A DNA stretch of 49,594 nucleotides, filler included, from Sphacelaria rigidula (taxonomy: Eukaryota), in the NCBI GenBank assembly GCA_964200075.2. It is 3 parts of 3 records of this genome, joined end to end, with 100 filler letters (N's around TTAATTAATTAA, not from the genome) between each part and the next. Parts side by side here need not be neighbours in the genome. Positions count along the whole stretch, not along the records: positions 33,135 to 49,594 come from CAXNAA020001350.1; 2 more parts are not named here. One strand, given 5' to 3'. The position numbers and the translations under genes are program-made. Shown piece after piece: positions 48,161 to 49,594 of the stretch (positions within the stretch are counted from its first letter, which is position 1; the number at the start of each line of letters is the position of its first letter). The notes below the pieces were generated by a model. The model saw only the letters and a list, made by a program, of their open reading frames with translations, did no database searches and was not told the DNA's origin.

Positions 48161-48199
48161 ACTGAAGAAATCTCTGAGAAAATTCATGATTTGGGGCAG
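48161..48199 (+). CDS. RRM protein, exon D (RRM2 helix 1)
   Basis: TTTTACTTCATTGCAG| TEEISEKIHDLGQ |GTGAGC; 39 bp, phase 0/0, in frame with exon C. Confidence 0.7.
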
Positions 48200-48356
48200 G
48201 TGAGCAGTGGCGAGCAGTAGACCCAGCTCGTCCAGAACGTGTTTTGGTCCAAAGTTGGCTCAAAGGCGTCGACTTGAGCTCTCGCAACGCACGCTTTACT
48301 TCAGAGACACTCTGCAACCCCCTTGCCCGAGGGTTCTCGATATGCCTTGGTCGGTG

Positions 48357-48380
48357 TTAGGGTTAGGGTTAGCGTTAAGG
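48357..48380 (+). repeat. Short interstitial telomere-like repeat
   Basis: TTAGGG TTAGGG TTAGCG TTAAGG. Confidence 0.6.
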
Positions 48381-49594
48381 TTGGCGGCATCTCCATAGTA
48401 CCAACCATTGTTTACGTCGATTTCTCTAGGTCCCCTCTGCGAAGTACCTGCGTAGGGATGCATCTCTGTCACAAGGACATCTCTGCAACCCCTGTCACAA
48501 GGACATCCCTGCGCCGGTACTTTACAGGTGCATCCTGTGAGGGAACTCTCTCTTACGGGTTGCATGACCACAGGGATTTCGGTCCTCCCTGCGCTGGTCC
48601 TCCACAACAGGTGACCCACAGTGGGGGCGTTTGCCCACGTGCGTACCTTGTTTGACTCGCCAACGGCTCATTCACGGTCTTGTGTTTGCTGTTGACAAAG
48701 GCCAGGGCAATGATCAATTGTTTTCAACTGCTTTGTTCTCATGTTCTCGTGACATTCGCTGCAACACCGCTGTCATCGTGCTCCCAAATCGACGACAATG
48801 CAAAGAAAATCACGGTGAAGATATACTCCGCCATGAACAGGCTTTTGTGGTTCCGGTTCCGGTTTGAAGTTTTCCATAATCTTGAAGAGGCTTTTGTGGT
48901 TAGGGATCGACATCCCGCGAAAAAGAGCCAGTGTGGGCAACTTTCGATGGCCAAAACACGCGCCACAGGTATCAAATGACAGCCAAACCTGAAAGGTAAT
49001 TTACCGCTGCGCCTTCTTCGTGCACTGCAAAAAAAAGCGCGTGATGAGATGCCTTGCCGCCAGAGAAGACGCGGCAAAAGTGGTGAAAAATGCGAAATGA
49101 TACATGTACACACACATATATATATAAACATATGTGCGTCAGAATTACCTTCACCACAGTTCATCTGGAGGCCAAAATCTCCGACTTCGATAGCTACCAT
49201 GAGCGAGAGGTCGAATTCTATAGAGCCGTCACGTAGGATATTGGAAATGTTCGGTCGCAACTTGCGCCGCATGTTTTCGTCCTTCTGAGCAGACGCGCGA
49301 TTTTGACGCTACTGTCGAGAAAATTGTTCTGCAGATATTCGTTACCTGTTGGTGGTATCGATCCACAGCTGTAACATTATGCGGTGTAGGTGGCGAGGAG
49401 TGCTCACTTATAATCGGCTCGGTTGTTTCATTCCCGCCTCGTCTTCTCTTGTCACGTGTACGATTTCTTCCCTGCCATTGAAAAATCGCTGGCATCGGAT
49501 ATCGTTGATATCTCAGAACAGATCTGAGGCATTCCCTCGTTGAACGGGGGGGGGGCGGCGTACTCATTTGTTGCTTGCCTTAGTCGTTCGACCA

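Overview
Repeat-rich eukaryotic DNA, most likely from a brown alga or a related stramenopile. This is inferred from the EsV-1-7 repeat gene, the short exons with long TE-filled introns, and the TTAGGG repeats. The window is not continuous. It holds three contigs (1-16469, 16570-33034, 33135-49594; 16469, 16465 and 16460 bp, in descending size order) joined by 100-bp N44-TTAATTAATTAA-N44 linkers, so adjacency across the linkers is meaningless. Contig 1 carries a TSD-bounded, internally deleted Copia LTR element, a foldback MITE, a long hairpin, and a heavily decayed ~4-kb minus-strand relic. By eye that relic reads as a piggyBac-like DDD transposase with a triplicated module, a SWIM finger and a YqaJ-like nuclease between its catalytic motifs. 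Contig 2 carries TE debris, a TIR-bounded element filled with ~42-43-bp phased CAATATATATTG palindromes, and an open array of 38-aa EsV-1-7 Cys/His repeats that runs off the contig end. Contig 3 carries a spliced plus-strand multi-RRM gene missed by the ORF track, possibly with a poly-Asn upstream exon. A chromodomain-bearing Gypsy relic lies just upstream of its first clear exon, and a MITE and SINEs lie in its introns. A tRNA-headed SINE family recurs in all three contigs. All calls come from manual reading; no searches were run.
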